Shown: piece after piece, positions 1 through 10,119 of the stretch
How the letters are laid out: each line of letters opens with the position of its first letter
How positions within the stretch are numbered: the first letter of the stretch is position 1
Origin: Nitrospirota bacterium
GTDB lineage: Bacteria; Nitrospirota; UBA9217
Length of the DNA stretch: 64,000 nucleotides
NCBI GenBank assembly: GCA_963790205.1
Contig: CAWBNQ010000002.1
Coordinates: forward strand, 160,001 to 224,000
Direction of reading: 5' to 3'
The notes under the pieces: model-generated
Database searches by the model: none
What the model was told of the DNA's origin: nothing
Seen by the model: the letters and a program-made list of their open reading frames with translations, nothing else
Made by a program: the position numbers and the translations under genes

Positions 1-1
1 G

Positions 2-733
2 CTCGCGGCGGCGAAATTCTTTACTCTTTCCAGTCCCGTGGCGGGCGACATTCTTTATTATATATTCCTCAATCCCCTGGGCGGTTTTTCGAACATACTC
101 TGGTTTGTTTATACTCTGTTCGTGATCTTCCTTCTGTTCCCGCTGCTCAGGTTGCTGGCGCGAAATGAGCTTCTTCTCTTCGCGGTGACGATCCTCCTGT
201 CCTTTCTGCCGTGGCCCCACGTATTTTGTCTTGACCTGGCCTTTCAATATCTGCCGTTCTTTACCGCGGGTTGTCTTCTGCACAAAATGTCCTTTCTCGA
301 GGAGGTCCGCCTGTCAACAGGCATCATCCTGCCGCTCTGCCTCTATGTCTTTTTTTTCGCGATGCGAACACACGTCTCAAGCTTCGCCTTTGCATCACAA
401 ATGATCTCGATCGCGCTCGGCGTGTCCGGCAGCCTTGTCTGCATCGCGGTTGCAGCGCTGATAGCCGGGCAGGCGCGCCCGGTGGAAAAGGTCGCGGCGC
501 TGGGCAGGTACTCAAGCGGCATTTATCTTCTCCATACCATCTTCATGGGGGCGGCAAAGGTGTTGCTGACGCAGGTCATGCATCTGGGAACGTCGGAATT
601 TGCAATGATCTCTCTTGTAATGATCTTTGCGGGCCTGGTCTTTCCGGTGGCCATGGAAAAATATATTATCAGGCGCTCGGCCGTCGCGTCGCGGTTCATC
701 TTGGGAGTGGAAGCGCCGCCGCGGCATGATTGA
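2..733 (+). CDS. Acyltransferase family 3 (OafA-like) multi-pass membrane protein, 5'-truncated by window edge
   Basis: Frame open from base 2; multiple TM segments; LWFVYTLF, YLPFF and LGRYSSGIYLLH motifs typical of Acyl_transf_3. Confidence 0.75.
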   Translation, partial: LAAAKFFTLSSPVAGDILYYIFLNPLGGFSNILWFVYTLFVIFLLFPLLRLLARNELLLFAVTILLSFLPWPHVFCLDLAFQYLPFFTAGCLLHKMSFLEEVRLSTGIILPLCLYVFFFAMRTHVSSFAFASQMISIALGVSGSLVCIAVAALIAGQARPVEKVAALGRYSSGIYLLHTIFMGAAKVLLTQVMHLGTSEFAMISLVMIFAGLVFPVAMEKYIIRRSAVASRFILGVEAPPRHD

Positions 734-899
734 AGCCGGGTCGGTCATTATCTTTGTATCAAATACTACACTCTCTTCAGCAGAGACTCCAATTTTCCCC
801 AGTCTGTTTTTTCTATCGTTTTATCCTTCTGATTTTATGATAGAATTTATCCAGCCGTTTTGGCGCGGTCATTGCTACTATATATCATGGAGGCATGCG

Positions 900-2150
900 A
901 TGGGACGCGGGTTTTTTACATTCCTTTTTCTTCTATCCTTGGTCCTTATTACTCCGGCACTCGCCCGGGCCCAGGAAGTCGTCGTTACACTCAAAGACCT
1001 GGAGCAAGAGGCGCTTCAGAACAATCCCGAAATCGGGATGGCGGGGAAAAAAGCGGAGTCTGCCGAGGAAAAAAAGTCCCTGGCTGCTGCCATGCCCGAC
1101 CCCATGATCGGCTACATGATCCAGAACGTAGGGGGGCTCGGCACGTCCACGGTGGGCAAGGAAGAGATGAGCATGCAGGGCTTCGTGGTGACCCAGGAGG
1201 TTCCCTTCCCGGGAAAGCTCTCGACCAGGGGGAACGCAGCGCGAAAAGCGGCTGAGCGGGAGGAAGACAACAGCCGTGGAACGAAACTCAAAGTCCTGAG
1301 CGACCTCAGGAACGCCTACTACGATTACTTCCTGTCCTACCGGACCCTGGAAATCCTCGACCAGACAAAAGAGCTCATGAAGAACTTCGAACGCATTGCG
1401 GAGACGCGCTATGCCACGGGCCAGGGCCTGCAGCAGGACGTGCTCCGGGCCCAGCTCGAAGTGTCGATGCTGATCGAACGGATTTCCATGGAAGAGCAGA
1501 AGCTCGATACCGAGCGGGCCAGGGTCAACAGCCTCGTGGGCCGGGACCCGCGCTCGTCTTTGGGCAGGCCCGGTGACCAGTTCGCAACGGCCTTCCCTAT
1601 GGGGCTCGATCAGATGAGCGCGATGGCCCTGGAGCATTCTCCCATGCTTGAGGCCAAGAAGCGCATGGTGGAAGAGAACGAGTACGACCTCTCGCTGAGC
1701 AAACGGGAGTTTCTTCCCGACATGGTGGTCTCCGCGGGCCGGTTCACCAGGGGCGATTTCAAGGACGTATGGCAGGCAAGCGTCATGTTCAAGGTGCCGC
1801 TCTATTTCTGGAACAAGACCACGGGCGTAAAAGCGGCCCACGCGGACCTGAGCTCGGCCCGCTTCGACTATGAAGCGACGAAGCTGGCGATCCTCACCCG
1901 GGTCCAGGAGCTCTATTCCATGGCCAAGATGTCGGAGCACCACATCCACTTGTACGACTCCGGCATCATCCCCCAGGCCCGGCTGGCTCTCCAGTCCGCA
2001 ACGTCCAACTACCAGGTCGGCAAGATCGATTTCCTGTCGCTCCTCGAAAGCGAGACCGTGCTGCTCAAGTACCAGATCGCGTATGAGGAGCAGCTCGTGA
2101 ACCTGAACAAGACGATGGCCATGATGTCCGAAGTGACGGGAGAGCAGTAG
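900..2150 (+). CDS. TolC-family outer membrane efflux protein (CusC-like)
   Basis: ATG 900 after GGAGG; signal peptide ending ALARA; ALQNNPEI and YATGQGLQQDVLRAQLE / YQVGKIDFLSLL OEP repeats; first gene of RND operon. Confidence 0.88.
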   Translation: MGRGFFTFLFLLSLVLITPALARAQEVVVTLKDLEQEALQNNPEIGMAGKKAESAEEKKSLAAAMPDPMIGYMIQNVGGLGTSTVGKEEMSMQGFVVTQEVPFPGKLSTRGNAARKAAEREEDNSRGTKLKVLSDLRNAYYDYFLSYRTLEILDQTKELMKNFERIAETRYATGQGLQQDVLRAQLEVSMLIERISMEEQKLDTERARVNSLVGRDPRSSLGRPGDQFATAFPMGLDQMSAMALEHSPMLEAKKRMVEENEYDLSLSKREFLPDMVVSAGRFTRGDFKDVWQASVMFKVPLYFWNKTTGVKAAHADLSSARFDYEATKLAILTRVQELYSMAKMSEHHIHLYDSGIIPQARLALQSATSNYQVGKIDFLSLLESETVLLKYQIAYEEQLVNLNKTMAMMSEVTGEQ

Positions 2151-2229
2151 CAGTGCGGAGTGCGGAATGGGCAGATCAAAGGCAGGGCATCGTGGCTGTG
2201 GCCATCAGCCTGTGTGAAAGGTGTTTCCT

Positions 2230-3369
2230 ATGAAAATTTTCCCCAGAGTTTTTCAATCGTCAATCATCAATCTGCAATCTGCAATTGCGGCAGTATTGAT
2301 TCTTTTCTCCGCTGCCGCTGCCCAGGAGCCTGCTCCTCCCGGGGGGAACGCGAAGCAGGAAGCACCCGTGGTCGTGCTCAGCCCGGACAAGGTGCAGCTG
2401 ATCGGCGTGCGCACGGCCCTGGCCGGTTTCCGCTCCGTGGACCGGCAGGTGAGGACCGTGGGCAGGATCGAGCCGGACGAGACGAGGCTCGCCTTCGTAA
2501 ATACGAAGATCGGGGGATGGGTGAAGAAGCTTTTCGTGAGCTACACCGGGGACCGGGTCGAGAAGGGCCAGCCCCTGCTCTCGCTTTACAGCCCCGACCT
2601 GGTGACGGCCCAGGAAGAGTACCTCCTGGCGCTCAAGGCCGCGCAGCCGGCCCATAACCATAACCACAGCGATCAAAGCCTCGAAGAAGTCGAGACCTCG
2701 CGCAAGGACCTCCTCGAGTCGGCAAGGCGCAGGCTTCTGCTCTGGGACATCACGCCCGGGCAGATCGAAGAGCTCGAAAAAACCGGCAAGCCGCAGACCG
2801 ACATGATCATCACCGCCCCGCTGAGCGGGATCGTGCTCGATAAAATGGTGCTCGAGGGGACCTACATCACGCCGGGCATGAACCTCTACAAGGTCGCCGA
2901 CCTCTCGGACGTCTGGGTCATGGCTGAGGTCTACGAATCGGAAGTGCCGATCGTAAAGGTCGGCCAGCAGGCCCGGGTCACGCTTCCCTACTATTCCGGC
3001 GAGGCCATGACCGCCAGGGTGGACTTCATCTATCCCGTGCTCGACCCCGTGTCGCGGACCGTCAAGGTGCGGCTCAGGATGCATAATCCCGGTCTTGCGC
3101 TCAAGCCCGACATGTTCGGCAACGTGGAGATCATGGCCTCCTCGGGCCGGAGGCTCGTGATCCCCCGGGAAGCCGTGCTCTTCTCGGGCCTCCGCCAGCT
3201 CGTCTACGTCGAAAAGAAGCCCGGCGTGTACGAACAGCGCCAGGTGACCCTGGGGCTCCGGGGCGAGGATTATGTGGAAGTGCTCAAGGGGATCAAGAAG
3301 GGCGAGCGGGTGGTCACCTCGGGGAACTTCCTGATCGATTCGGAAAGCCAGCTGAGGACGGGGCAGTAG
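2230..3369 (+). CDS. cusB: CusB-family RND periplasmic adaptor subunit
   Basis: GWVKKL..GDRVEKGQPLLSLYSPDLVTAQEEY, ADLSDVWV, LKPDMF and GNFLIDSES motifs; His-rich linker; lies between OMF and cusA. Confidence 0.9.
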   Translation: MKIFPRVFQSSIINLQSAIAAVLILFSAAAAQEPAPPGGNAKQEAPVVVLSPDKVQLIGVRTALAGFRSVDRQVRTVGRIEPDETRLAFVNTKIGGWVKKLFVSYTGDRVEKGQPLLSLYSPDLVTAQEEYLLALKAAQPAHNHNHSDQSLEEVETSRKDLLESARRRLLLWDITPGQIEELEKTGKPQTDMIITAPLSGIVLDKMVLEGTYITPGMNLYKVADLSDVWVMAEVYESEVPIVKVGQQARVTLPYYSGEAMTARVDFIYPVLDPVSRTVKVRLRMHNPGLALKPDMFGNVEIMASSGRRLVIPREAVLFSGLRQLVYVEKKPGVYEQRQVTLGLRGEDYVEVLKGIKKGERVVTSGNFLIDSESQLRTGQ

Positions 3370-3506
3370 AATTGCGATTTCGAATTGCGGATTGCGAATT
3401 AACGTCGAAAGGCGATGCGCAGAAAGATATTCAATCCGAAATCCGCACACCCTTCGCTCGCGCTTTGCACTCGTAATCGCTGGGTGCAGGCTCCGCAATC
3501 CGCAAT
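3369..3506. repeat. Inverted pair of degenerate heptamer arrays (ATTGCGG / ATCCGCA)
   Basis: GAATTGCGATTTCGAATTGCGGATTGCGAATT ... AATCCGAAATCCGCA ... CTCCGCAATCCGCAAT; same family at 10992-11074 and 26457-26536. Confidence 0.75.
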
Positions 3507-3516
3507 GAGGTAATTC

Positions 3517-6500
3517 ATGTTATCCAAAATAATCGAACTGTCGGCGCGCAATAAATTTCTGATCTTCCTGGCCGTGCTGTTTCTCACGGTCTGGGGCGTC
3601 TGGGCGGTCTACCATACGCCGCTCGACGCGATCCCCGACCTTTCGGATGCCCAGGTGATCGTGTACACCGAATGGATGGGCCGGAGCCCGGACCTGGTGG
3701 AGGACCAGATCACCTATCCCATTGTCTCGACCATGCTTGCCGCGCCCAAGGTGCGCGTGGTGCGCGGCAAGTCCTTCCTCGGGATTTCCTTCGTGTACGT
3801 GATTTTCGAGGACGGCACGGACCTCTACTGGGCCAGAAGCCGGGTCCTCGAATACCTCCAGGGCGTGGCGGGAAAGCTCCCTGCCGGCGTTACCCCGGTG
3901 CTCGGGCCTGACGCCACCGGCGTGGGCTGGGGCTTCCAGTACGCGCTGACCGACGAGACGGGGACGCAGGACCTCTCGCAGCTCCGGTCCCTCCAGGACT
4001 GGACCCTCAAGTACGCCATCGAATCGGTGCCCGGAGTTTCCGAGGTGGCCTCGGTGGGCGGGTTCGTGAAGCAGTACCAGATCATCATCGACCCCAACCG
4101 GCTCCTGGCCTACAAGCTTTCGCTCATGAAGGTGATGGAGGCGGTCCGCAGAAGCAACCGCGACGTGGAAGGCCGCGTCGTCGAATGGTCCGGCAGGGAG
4201 TACATGGTCCGGGGCCGGGGTTACATCAGAGACCAATCGGACATCGAGAAGATCAGCGTGGGCACCGATGGCAGGGGCACGCCCATCCTGCTCCGCGACA
4301 TCGCCGAGGTCCAGCTCGGCCCGGAGATCAGGCGCGGGGCCGCCGACCTGGACGGCAAGGGCGAGGCCGTGGGCGGCATCGTGGTGGTCCGGTTCGGCGA
4401 GAACGTCCTCTCGGTCATCGACCGGGTGAAGCAGAAGCTCGCCGAACTGGCGCCGACCCTGCCCAAGGGCGTCAAGATCGTCACGACCTACGACCGGTCG
4501 GAGCTCATCCACCGTTCCGTGGACACGCTCAAGGCGGAGATCATCAAGCTCGGCCTGGCCGTGAGCGTCGTGTGCCTCGTGTTCCTGTTCCATCTGCCGA
4601 GCGCCTTCGTGGTGATCCTGACGCTCCCGATCGCGATCCTCATCTCCTTCATCTGCATGTACTATCTCGGGATCAGCTCGAATATCATGAGCCTTTCAGG
4701 GATAGCCATCGCCATCGGCGCCATGGTGGACGCCTCGATCATCATGGTCGAGAACGCACACAAGAAGCTCGAAGACTGGGAGCGGACCGGCAGGGCGCAT
4801 GGGTCCCGGGTGGACGTGGTCATCGACGCAGCCAAGGAAGTCGGTCCATCGCTGTTCTTTTCCCTTTTGGTCATCACCGTCGGGTTCCTGCCCGTTTTTA
4901 CGCTCGAAGAGCAGGCAGGCAGGCTCTTCAAGCCCCTGGCCTACACCAAGACTTTTTCCATGCTCTTTGCGAGCTTCCTCGCCATCACACTCACGCCGGT
5001 GCTCATGACGATCTTCATCAAGGGGAAGATCCGGCACGAGGACGACAACCCCGTGAGCCATTTCCTGATCAGGCTCTACCACCCGGTGGCCGAGTTTGCG
5101 CTCCGGTTCCGCAAGCTCGTGATCATCGCGGCGATCGTCATCGTGGCCGTCACCGTCGTCCCCTTCACCGAGCTGGGCTCGGAGTTCATGCCGCCGCTCT
5201 ATGAAGGCACGCTCCTGTTCATGCCCTCGGCTCTTCCCGGGGCCTCGATCACCACCATGTCCGATGTGCTCCAGGCCGAGGACCGGATCATGAAGCAGTT
5301 CCCCGAGGTGGAGCGGGTCTTCGGCAAGGCGGGCCGCGCCGAGACGGCCACGGACCCGGCGCCCCTCGAAATGATCGAGACGAACGTGATCCTCAAGCCC
5401 GAGAGCCAGTGGCGGCCCCGGTTCAAGAAGTGGGAGGACCTGCGGGACGAGATGGATACGGCCCTCACGATCCCCGGCGTGGCCAACACCTGGACCATGC
5501 CGATCATCGGCAGGATCGACATGCTCGCTACGGGCATCAAGACGCCCCTGGGCCTCAAGATCTTCGGGCCCCATCTGGACGAGATCGAGCGGATCGGGCT
5601 GGACGTGGAGAAGACGCTCAAGGACGTGCCGGGCACGCGGCTGGCCTACGCCGAGCGGGCCAACACGGGCTATTTCCTCGACTTTACGGTGAACCGCGAC
5701 GAGATCAGCCGCTACAACCTCGCTGTCGAGGACGTGCAGGAAGTGATCGAGTCGGCCATCGGCGGCATGAACCTGACGACCACGGTGGAAGGCCGCGAGC
5801 GCTATCCCGTGAACATCCGCTACGGCAGGGAGCTGCGGGACGACATCGAGAAGCTGAAGCGGGTGCTCGTCCCGGTCATGGACGGCGCCCAGGTGCCCGC
5901 TGGGGCAGCTCGCCGACATTAGGATAGTGCGCGGCCCGGGCATGGTCCAGAGCGAGGGCGGGAGGCTCACGGCGACGGTCACGCTCAATATCGAAGGGAG
6001 CGACTTCGGCGGCTACGTGAAGCGCGCCCAGCAGGCGATCGCCGAAAAGGTGAAGGTGCCGGCAGGCTACCAGGTCCAGTGGTCGGGCCAGTACGAGTAC
6101 ATGGAGAACGTGAAGGCAAAGCTCCTCTACGTTATCCCGCTCACGCTTCTCATCATCGTGGTGCTCATTTACCTCAACACGAACTCATGGCTCAAGACCG
6201 CGATCGTGCTTTTGGCAGTTCCCTTCTCGCTCGTGGGCACGGTCTGGCTCCTCTACTTCCTCGGCTACCACATGAGCATCGCGGTCTGGGTCGGCGTGAT
6301 CGCCCTGGCCGGGCTCGATGCGGAGACCGGCATCGTGATGCTCCTCTACCTCGACCTGTCCTATAACCGCTGGCACCAGGAGGGAAGGATTAATTCGCTC
6401 CGGGACATCGAGGACTCGGTCATGGAAGGGGCGGTGAAACGCATCCGTCCCAAGATCATGACCGTGTCGGTGATCCTGGCGGGCCTGGTGCCGATCCTGT

Positions 6501-6658
6501 TCTCCACCGGGACGGGCGCGGACGTGATGAAACGCATCGCCGCGCCCATGGTCGGCGGCGTGGTCACGTCGACCATCCTCGAACTCGTCATCTATCCGGC
6601 GATCTATGTGATCTGGAAGGAGAGGGAACTGTTAAAGGCCGAAAGGCGCGAGGGGTAA
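3517..6658 (+). CDS. cusA: CusA/CzcA heavy-metal efflux RND permease, split by a +1 frameshift at ~5896-5898
   Basis: PLDAIPDLSD..QVIVYT, LYWARSRVLEYL, GAMVDASIIMVEN in ORF 3517-5922; AVKRIRPKIMT, MKRIAAPMVGG in ORF 5927-6658; removing one C from GTGCCCGCTG joins them as QVPLGQLADIRIVRGP. Confidence 0.92.
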
Positions 6659-6679
6659 GGGGAAAGAGGAGGCAGTCGA

Positions 6680-7384
6680 CTATTTTTTTGGAGGGTTCAT
6701 CGCGGCTTCGTAGCGCTTGAGATAGTCGCTGATCATGCGCTCTGATTCGTATCCCAGGGCCTTTGCGTAGAGACCGAGAAATCCCCGGAGGTAGGGGCGC
6801 GCAGGGAGTTTTGCGTAATTTTCTTCTTCGATGTACTCGAGATAACGGGAGCCTACCTTCGTCGTGTCGGCGATGTTCCGGATGGTCAGGCCGCGCTGCT
6901 CGCGCAGGACCTTGATGACAGGGCCTGTGAATTCAGCGATGAAGGGAGAGACCGGAGAAATCTCCTCCTGCGCGGGTTTGTCCGGAGCCGGTGCGGGTTG
7001 CGGGGGCGGCGCGTTTGCCCCGATGTAGCGATTTTCCGATTGCAGGGGGAGCGCCGGCTGTGCAGCCCTTGTCTGATATTTCGGTATTGATGGGGGCGGA
7101 GAGGCCGGTTCAGGCATCTCATTCCGGCTTCTTAGCATCGCATCGTACCGTCTACGGTTGTCTTCGTAAACAAGAGTGCGATAAGCCTCTTCTATCCGCT
7201 GGTGAATAATGGTCGTTTCTTCCGGCGTAAAGAGCGAGTACAGAGCTACGGAATTCGGTTCGTACACCCGCCGGACCCGTTCGTAAGCCCTATGGATCTC
7301 CTGTGCGGTCGCCGTGAGGCTCACCTCCAGCAACTCGTAATAGTTCAGGTCCTCTATTTTTTTGATCATGGCTGCTCCATTCAA
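6680..7384 (-). CDS. DnaJ-like N-terminal domain + Pro-rich linker + RodZ-type helix-turn-helix protein
   Basis: NYYELLEV..IHRAY..IEEAYRTL..RRRYD (J-like, no HPD); C-terminal LREQRGLTIRNIADTTKVGSRYLEYIEEENYAKLP..YLRGFL..YAKALG (HTH_25). Start may be 7369. Confidence 0.8.
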   Translation of the reverse strand: MNGAAMIKKIEDLNYYELLEVSLTATAQEIHRAYERVRRVYEPNSVALYSLFTPEETTIIHQRIEEAYRTLVYEDNRRRYDAMLRSRNEMPEPASPPPSIPKYQTRAAQPALPLQSENRYIGANAPPPQPAPAPDKPAQEEISPVSPFIAEFTGPVIKVLREQRGLTIRNIADTTKVGSRYLEYIEEENYAKLPARPYLRGFLGLYAKALGYESERMISDYLKRYEAAMNPPKK

Positions 7385-7475
7385 CTGTGCAAATAGTTTA
7401 AACCGTTCAAGCTGTTCTGTTCAAGCTATTTAAACTGCTGAAGCTGTTAGAACTGTTTGAATCGCTTAAACCATG
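7380..7475. repeat. Degenerate 9-mer array (AAACTGTTC/T-like)
   Basis: AAATAGTTT AAACCGTTC AAGCTGTTC .. AAACTGCTG AAGCTGTTA GAACTGTTT; same family at 10044-10110. Confidence 0.7.
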
Positions 7476-7485
7476 TAACCGACAA

Positions 7486-8430
7486 TCAATACAGCATGCT
7501 GAGCGTCAGCTGTTCCTTCCTGAGTAGGTTGTGTACGATACGTTCGAGGCAGCGCGACGGCCGCGAGTATGGGTATTCGATGGCGAGCGGCCGTTTGCTC
7601 CGGATGGACTGCCATACGCAGTCGTCGTATTCCACATACCCGAGGTATTCGAGGTTGATGCCGAAGTATTTCTGGCAGGCGCTTTTCATCGAGAAGCCTA
7701 TCTGGATGTCGTTCTTGGTCCTCACCTGGTTCACAATAAGCTTGGGCTTGAATTTCAGCACTTCGAGCTCGAGGATCTCGCCCACTTCCCGCTCCATCTG
7801 CTTCACGCGCTCGATCAGATCATAGGGCGTGCGAATGCCCATGGTGTTTTTCTGATCCATGGCCGCATCAATGAGGTCCTTGATCCCCTGATTGGTCACG
7901 ACCTTCTTGAATCGACGGTAGAAGGCGCTCTTGATAAAACGGTAGGCGTTTTCGATTGCGGTGGGCTCGGGCAGCACCACAAGGATGCCATGGTCCGAGA
8001 AGAGGAAAAAATCGAGGATATTAAATGACGTGCCCGCGCCAAGGTCCAGCAGGATATAGTCCGCGTCGAGCGTCTCAAGGTGCCTCAGAAGCCGCGCCTT
8101 TTGCGCGAAATTGGGATTGGCCGCGTCGAGGAAGTCCTGTGCCCCGCTGATCAGGCTGAGGTTCGGTATGCTCGTCTTGATGATCACGTCCTGGATTTTC
8201 TCCGCGCGCCGGTTCAGAAAATCGGAGAGCGTCATCTCAGGGACCCCGATGCCGAGGGTGGTGTGAAGGTTCGCGCCGCCCAGGTCCGCATCGACGAGCA
8301 GCACCTTCTTCTTGAGGTGCGCAAGGTGGATGCCGATATTGCCGGTGATCAGGCTTTTGCCGATCCCGCCTTTGCCGCCGCCGATGGCCCAGATCTCTTT
8401 TTTACGCAGGGCATCCTGAAGTTCTATCAT
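7486..8430 (-). CDS. MinD/ParA family (FlhG/FleN-like) P-loop ATPase
   Basis: Deviant Walker A GGGKGGIGKS, LVDADLGGANLH, LLDLGAG, PEPTAIENAY. Confidence 0.88.
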   Translation of the reverse strand: MIELQDALRKKEIWAIGGGKGGIGKSLITGNIGIHLAHLKKKVLLVDADLGGANLHTTLGIGVPEMTLSDFLNRRAEKIQDVIIKTSIPNLSLISGAQDFLDAANPNFAQKARLLRHLETLDADYILLDLGAGTSFNILDFFLFSDHGILVVLPEPTAIENAYRFIKSAFYRRFKKVVTNQGIKDLIDAAMDQKNTMGIRTPYDLIERVKQMEREVGEILELEVLKFKPKLIVNQVRTKNDIQIGFSMKSACQKYFGINLEYLGYVEYDDCVWQSIRSKRPLAIEYPYSRPSRCLERIVHNLLRKEQLTLSMLY

Positions 8431-9095
8431 TCCGTAGCGTTTCCCCCCGTAACGGCCGCGGTCGCCGGATCCTCAACCGCGGACTCTTTCTCCGCAACAG
8501 GTACCTTTCCCGCCGCCGGCGCATCGTCCGCTCCTTCGGCGGGGACTTCTTCCATGACCTCTTCGCCGGCCTCGAGCTCCTGGAACTCCCTGAGCGTCGG
8601 CAGGGCCGAAAGGTCTTTCAGCCCGAAGTACTGGAGAAATTCCAGCGTTGTGCCGTAGAGCATGGGTTTGCCCGGCACGTCTTTTTTGCCCACGATTTTC
8701 ACGAGGCGGCGCTCCATGAGGTTGCGCATGATGCCGCCGATGTTTACGCCGCGGATGGCCTCCACTTCGGAGCGCGTGATGGGCTGCTTGTAGGCGACGA
8801 TGGCGAGCGTTTCGAGCGCGGGTTTCGAGAGCCTGGCCGAGACCTTGACGGACCTGAACTTCCGGATCCAGGCGGCGTTCTCAGGCCTGGTTGCGAACTG
8901 ATATCCGCCGGCCACTTCGGCCAGCATGATGCCCGCGTCGCGTTCGTCGTACTCCTGCCGGAGCGCCTGGAGCTGTGCTTCTATCTGTTCCGCTGTCGCC
9001 TCCTCAAAGATACCCTTGAGCCTGTCCGCGGACAGGGGATTGCCCGAGACGAAAAACAGAGCTTCGATTGCCGATTTTAATTCATTATCTTCCAA
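8427..9095 (-). CDS. scpB: SMC-Scp complex subunit ScpB
   Basis: AIEALFF, EVAGGYQF.T, LSKPALETLAIVAYKQPITRSEVEAIRGV, PMLYGTT..FL.YFGL..L..LP. Confidence 0.96.
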   Translation of the reverse strand: MEDNELKSAIEALFFVSGNPLSADRLKGIFEEATAEQIEAQLQALRQEYDERDAGIMLAEVAGGYQFATRPENAAWIRKFRSVKVSARLSKPALETLAIVAYKQPITRSEVEAIRGVNIGGIMRNLMERRLVKIVGKKDVPGKPMLYGTTLEFLQYFGLKDLSALPTLREFQELEAGEEVMEEVPAEGADDAPAAGKVPVAEKESAVEDPATAAVTGGNATE

Positions 9096-9183
9096 ATACA
9101 GTACCTCTCGATAAAATCAGGTTGAGGATAAGGTTCAGGTTGAGAACTTCTTAACCTCAGTCTCGACCTTAGTCTGTCTTGCA

Positions 9184-10033
9184 TTACATCCCCGTCGGGT
9201 CTCCGAGTCTCCCTAGGGCCACTTTGGCGTTCATCTTAATGTCGATGTCCGTCGCGGTCTCCATGATCTTCCGGATCTTCGGTACGGCGTCCTTGACGAG
9301 CTCGGGGTTCGAGCTGCCGATGTTTCCGAGCGCCGCTACGGCGTTCTTGACCGCGTTCGGGTGTCCGCTGTCCAAATAGCGCATCAGCCGCGGCACCAGG
9401 CTCGGCCACTTCCTTGGGGTAGTGGAGGCCGATCGCGCCCAATGCGAAGAGTACGCCGCCGCAGGTGGCCTCTTTTGAGAATTCGAGCACCTCCACGAGC
9501 TTGGGCAGGATCCCGCGGATCAACTCCGGCGCGTTGATGCCGACCTTGCCCAGGGCGTGCGCCGCGGCCTCGCGCTCGTCGTCATCGCCCTGCTCGAGCA
9601 TTTGGATCAGGCGCGGGACCGCGTCCCGTACGAGGTCGGTATGGGCAAAGCCGATGTTCCCGAGGGCGTAGGCTGCTTCCTGCCGTACCAGACTTTGCTC
9701 ATGAGCGAGCATGGCCTTCAATTTCGGAGCCGCCTGCGCGGCCGAGTCCTTGAAGGTAAAGCCCAGGTTTCCCACGGCGTTCGCCGCGTCGATCTTGACG
9801 AACATGTCGGGATCGTCCAGGAGCGCGATCAGGGTCGGCAGGTGCGGCCGCGTGTCGTTCGGGTAATCGAAGCCCACCCGCGACAGCAGGTTCAGTACGC
9901 CCGAGCGCACGTCGCCGTTTTTTTCGCTGAGGAGCCCGACGAGGTCGCCGATAAGCGCGCGGTCCGCGTAGACCGCGGTCTCGATGTCGCCGAATTTTTT
10001 CGCCTCGGCAAGCGTCTTGATATCGGGTTTCAT
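9184..10033 (-). CDS. HEAT-repeat protein, split by a 1-nt frameshift at ~9399-9400
   Basis: Repeats such as LIALLDDPDMFVKIDAANAVGNLG and LIQMLEQGDDDEREAAAHALGKVG; ORFs 9236-10033 and 9184-9396 join as KEVAELVPRLMRYL if one base is removed. Confidence 0.85.
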
Positions 10034-10119
10034 GGTTTGTGATAACAGTTTAAGCGGTTCAAACGGTTCAAGCAGTTTAAACGGCTTGAACGGATTAAAC
10101 AGTTTGAACTTTTAGATTT

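Noticed and set aside
627..899. N-terminal extension of the TolC ORF in the track
   Set aside because: Overlaps the acyltransferase and an AT-rich promoter region; the signal peptide and RBS point to ATG 900.
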